Source: a virus
Lineage: Duplodnaviria > Caudoviricetes
Direction: 5' to 3' (one strand)
IMG/VR virus record: IMGVR_UViG_3300019874_000004
Location: 871 to 64,870 of that record
Length of the DNA stretch: 64,000 nucleotides
The notes under the pieces are model-generated. The model had not been told where the DNA came from. It did not search any database and saw nothing but the letters and a program-made list of their open reading frames with translations. The position numbers and the translations under genes were made by a program. Shown here piece by piece: positions 63,651 through 64,000 of this stretch. Position 1 is the first letter of the stretch; each line of letters begins with the position of its first letter.

Positions 63651-64000
63651 ATGGCAACCACCCCTGCTGACAAGAAGAAAAAAGTCACCTCTGCGAAGGC
63701 TTGGAAAAAGTCCAATGATTCAGAGGTGCTTGAACTCCCAAGCGAGAATGTCTGCAAGTTGAAGCGACCGGGGCTACCGGAACTCCTCGCACAAGGTCTC
63801 CTGCCAGACATGCTGTCCTCAATCGCGCAAAACGCCGTAGAGGCAGGTGAGTCTGGAAAAGCCCTGAATGTAAAGCAGATGAACAATGAATTGAGCGCTT
63901 CCTTTCGGACTCCCGCAGGCATGTTGGAGATGTTCGACGGCGTCTCTCGGGTGACCGCATATTGCGTCCTTGAGCCCAAGGTCAGATTCCACAGGCAGAT
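63651..64000 (+). CDS. Tail assembly chaperone, truncated by window edge
   Basis: Read manually: MATTPADKKKKVTSAKAWKK..LELPSENVCKLKRPGLPELL..YCVLEPKV; position after the MTP. Confidence 0.8.
   Translation, partial: MATTPADKKKKVTSAKAWKKSNDSEVLELPSENVCKLKRPGLPELLAQGLLPDMLSSIAQNAVEAGESGKALNVKQMNNELSASFRTPAGMLEMFDGVSRVTAYCVLEPKVRFHRQ

Noticed and set aside
159-63979. Numerous minus-strand ORFs in the supplied track (for example 884-1756, 25009-25941, 58546-59952)
   Set aside because: All lie antisense to well-supported + strand genes, have no RBS or motifs, and read as shadow frames of GC-rich coding DNA.
1-64000. Integrase, repressor, lysin B or anti-CRISPR genes
   Set aside because: No tyrosine/serine recombinase, cI-like HTH or cutinase motifs were recognised. 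Anti-CRISPRs cannot be called from sequence by eye.

Overview
Near-complete genome of a tailed dsDNA phage (siphovirus organisation), most likely infecting an actinobacterium. The window starts inside the tape measure gene and ends inside the tail assembly chaperone that normally precedes it, so it looks like a circularly permuted genome missing only a short gap (inference). Every credible gene is on the + strand. No integrase, repressor, canonical tRNA, CRISPR array or lysin B was recognised, so it is probably lytic. Gene order: tail tip and lysis (1-11.4 kb); non-coding CpG-saturated and structured DNA (11.5-12.7 kb); small early genes separated by a repeated two-hairpin leader (12.7-19.6 kb); replication and recombination (SNF2 helicase, PD-(D/E)XK nuclease, AAA ATPase, SSB-like, primase-MCM helicase; 19.6-29 kb); a nucleotide-modification-like cluster, a DnaE split by a free-standing HNH gene and carrying an atypical intein, ThyX and a RuvC-like resolvase (29-40.8 kb); a bipartite inverted repeat (40.8-41 kb); accessory genes including JAB, YidD-like and GH26 (41-52.5 kb); head and tail morphogenesis (52.5-64 kb). 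The most striking observations are (1) the HNH intein with Asn at +1 and no block-F Asp, (2) covarying early-gene leader hairpins with a UAGAAGG loop, and (3) a downstream structured RNA whose 7-nt loop CCUUCUA is exactly complementary to that loop. All family assignments are motif recognition by eye; no database searches were run.
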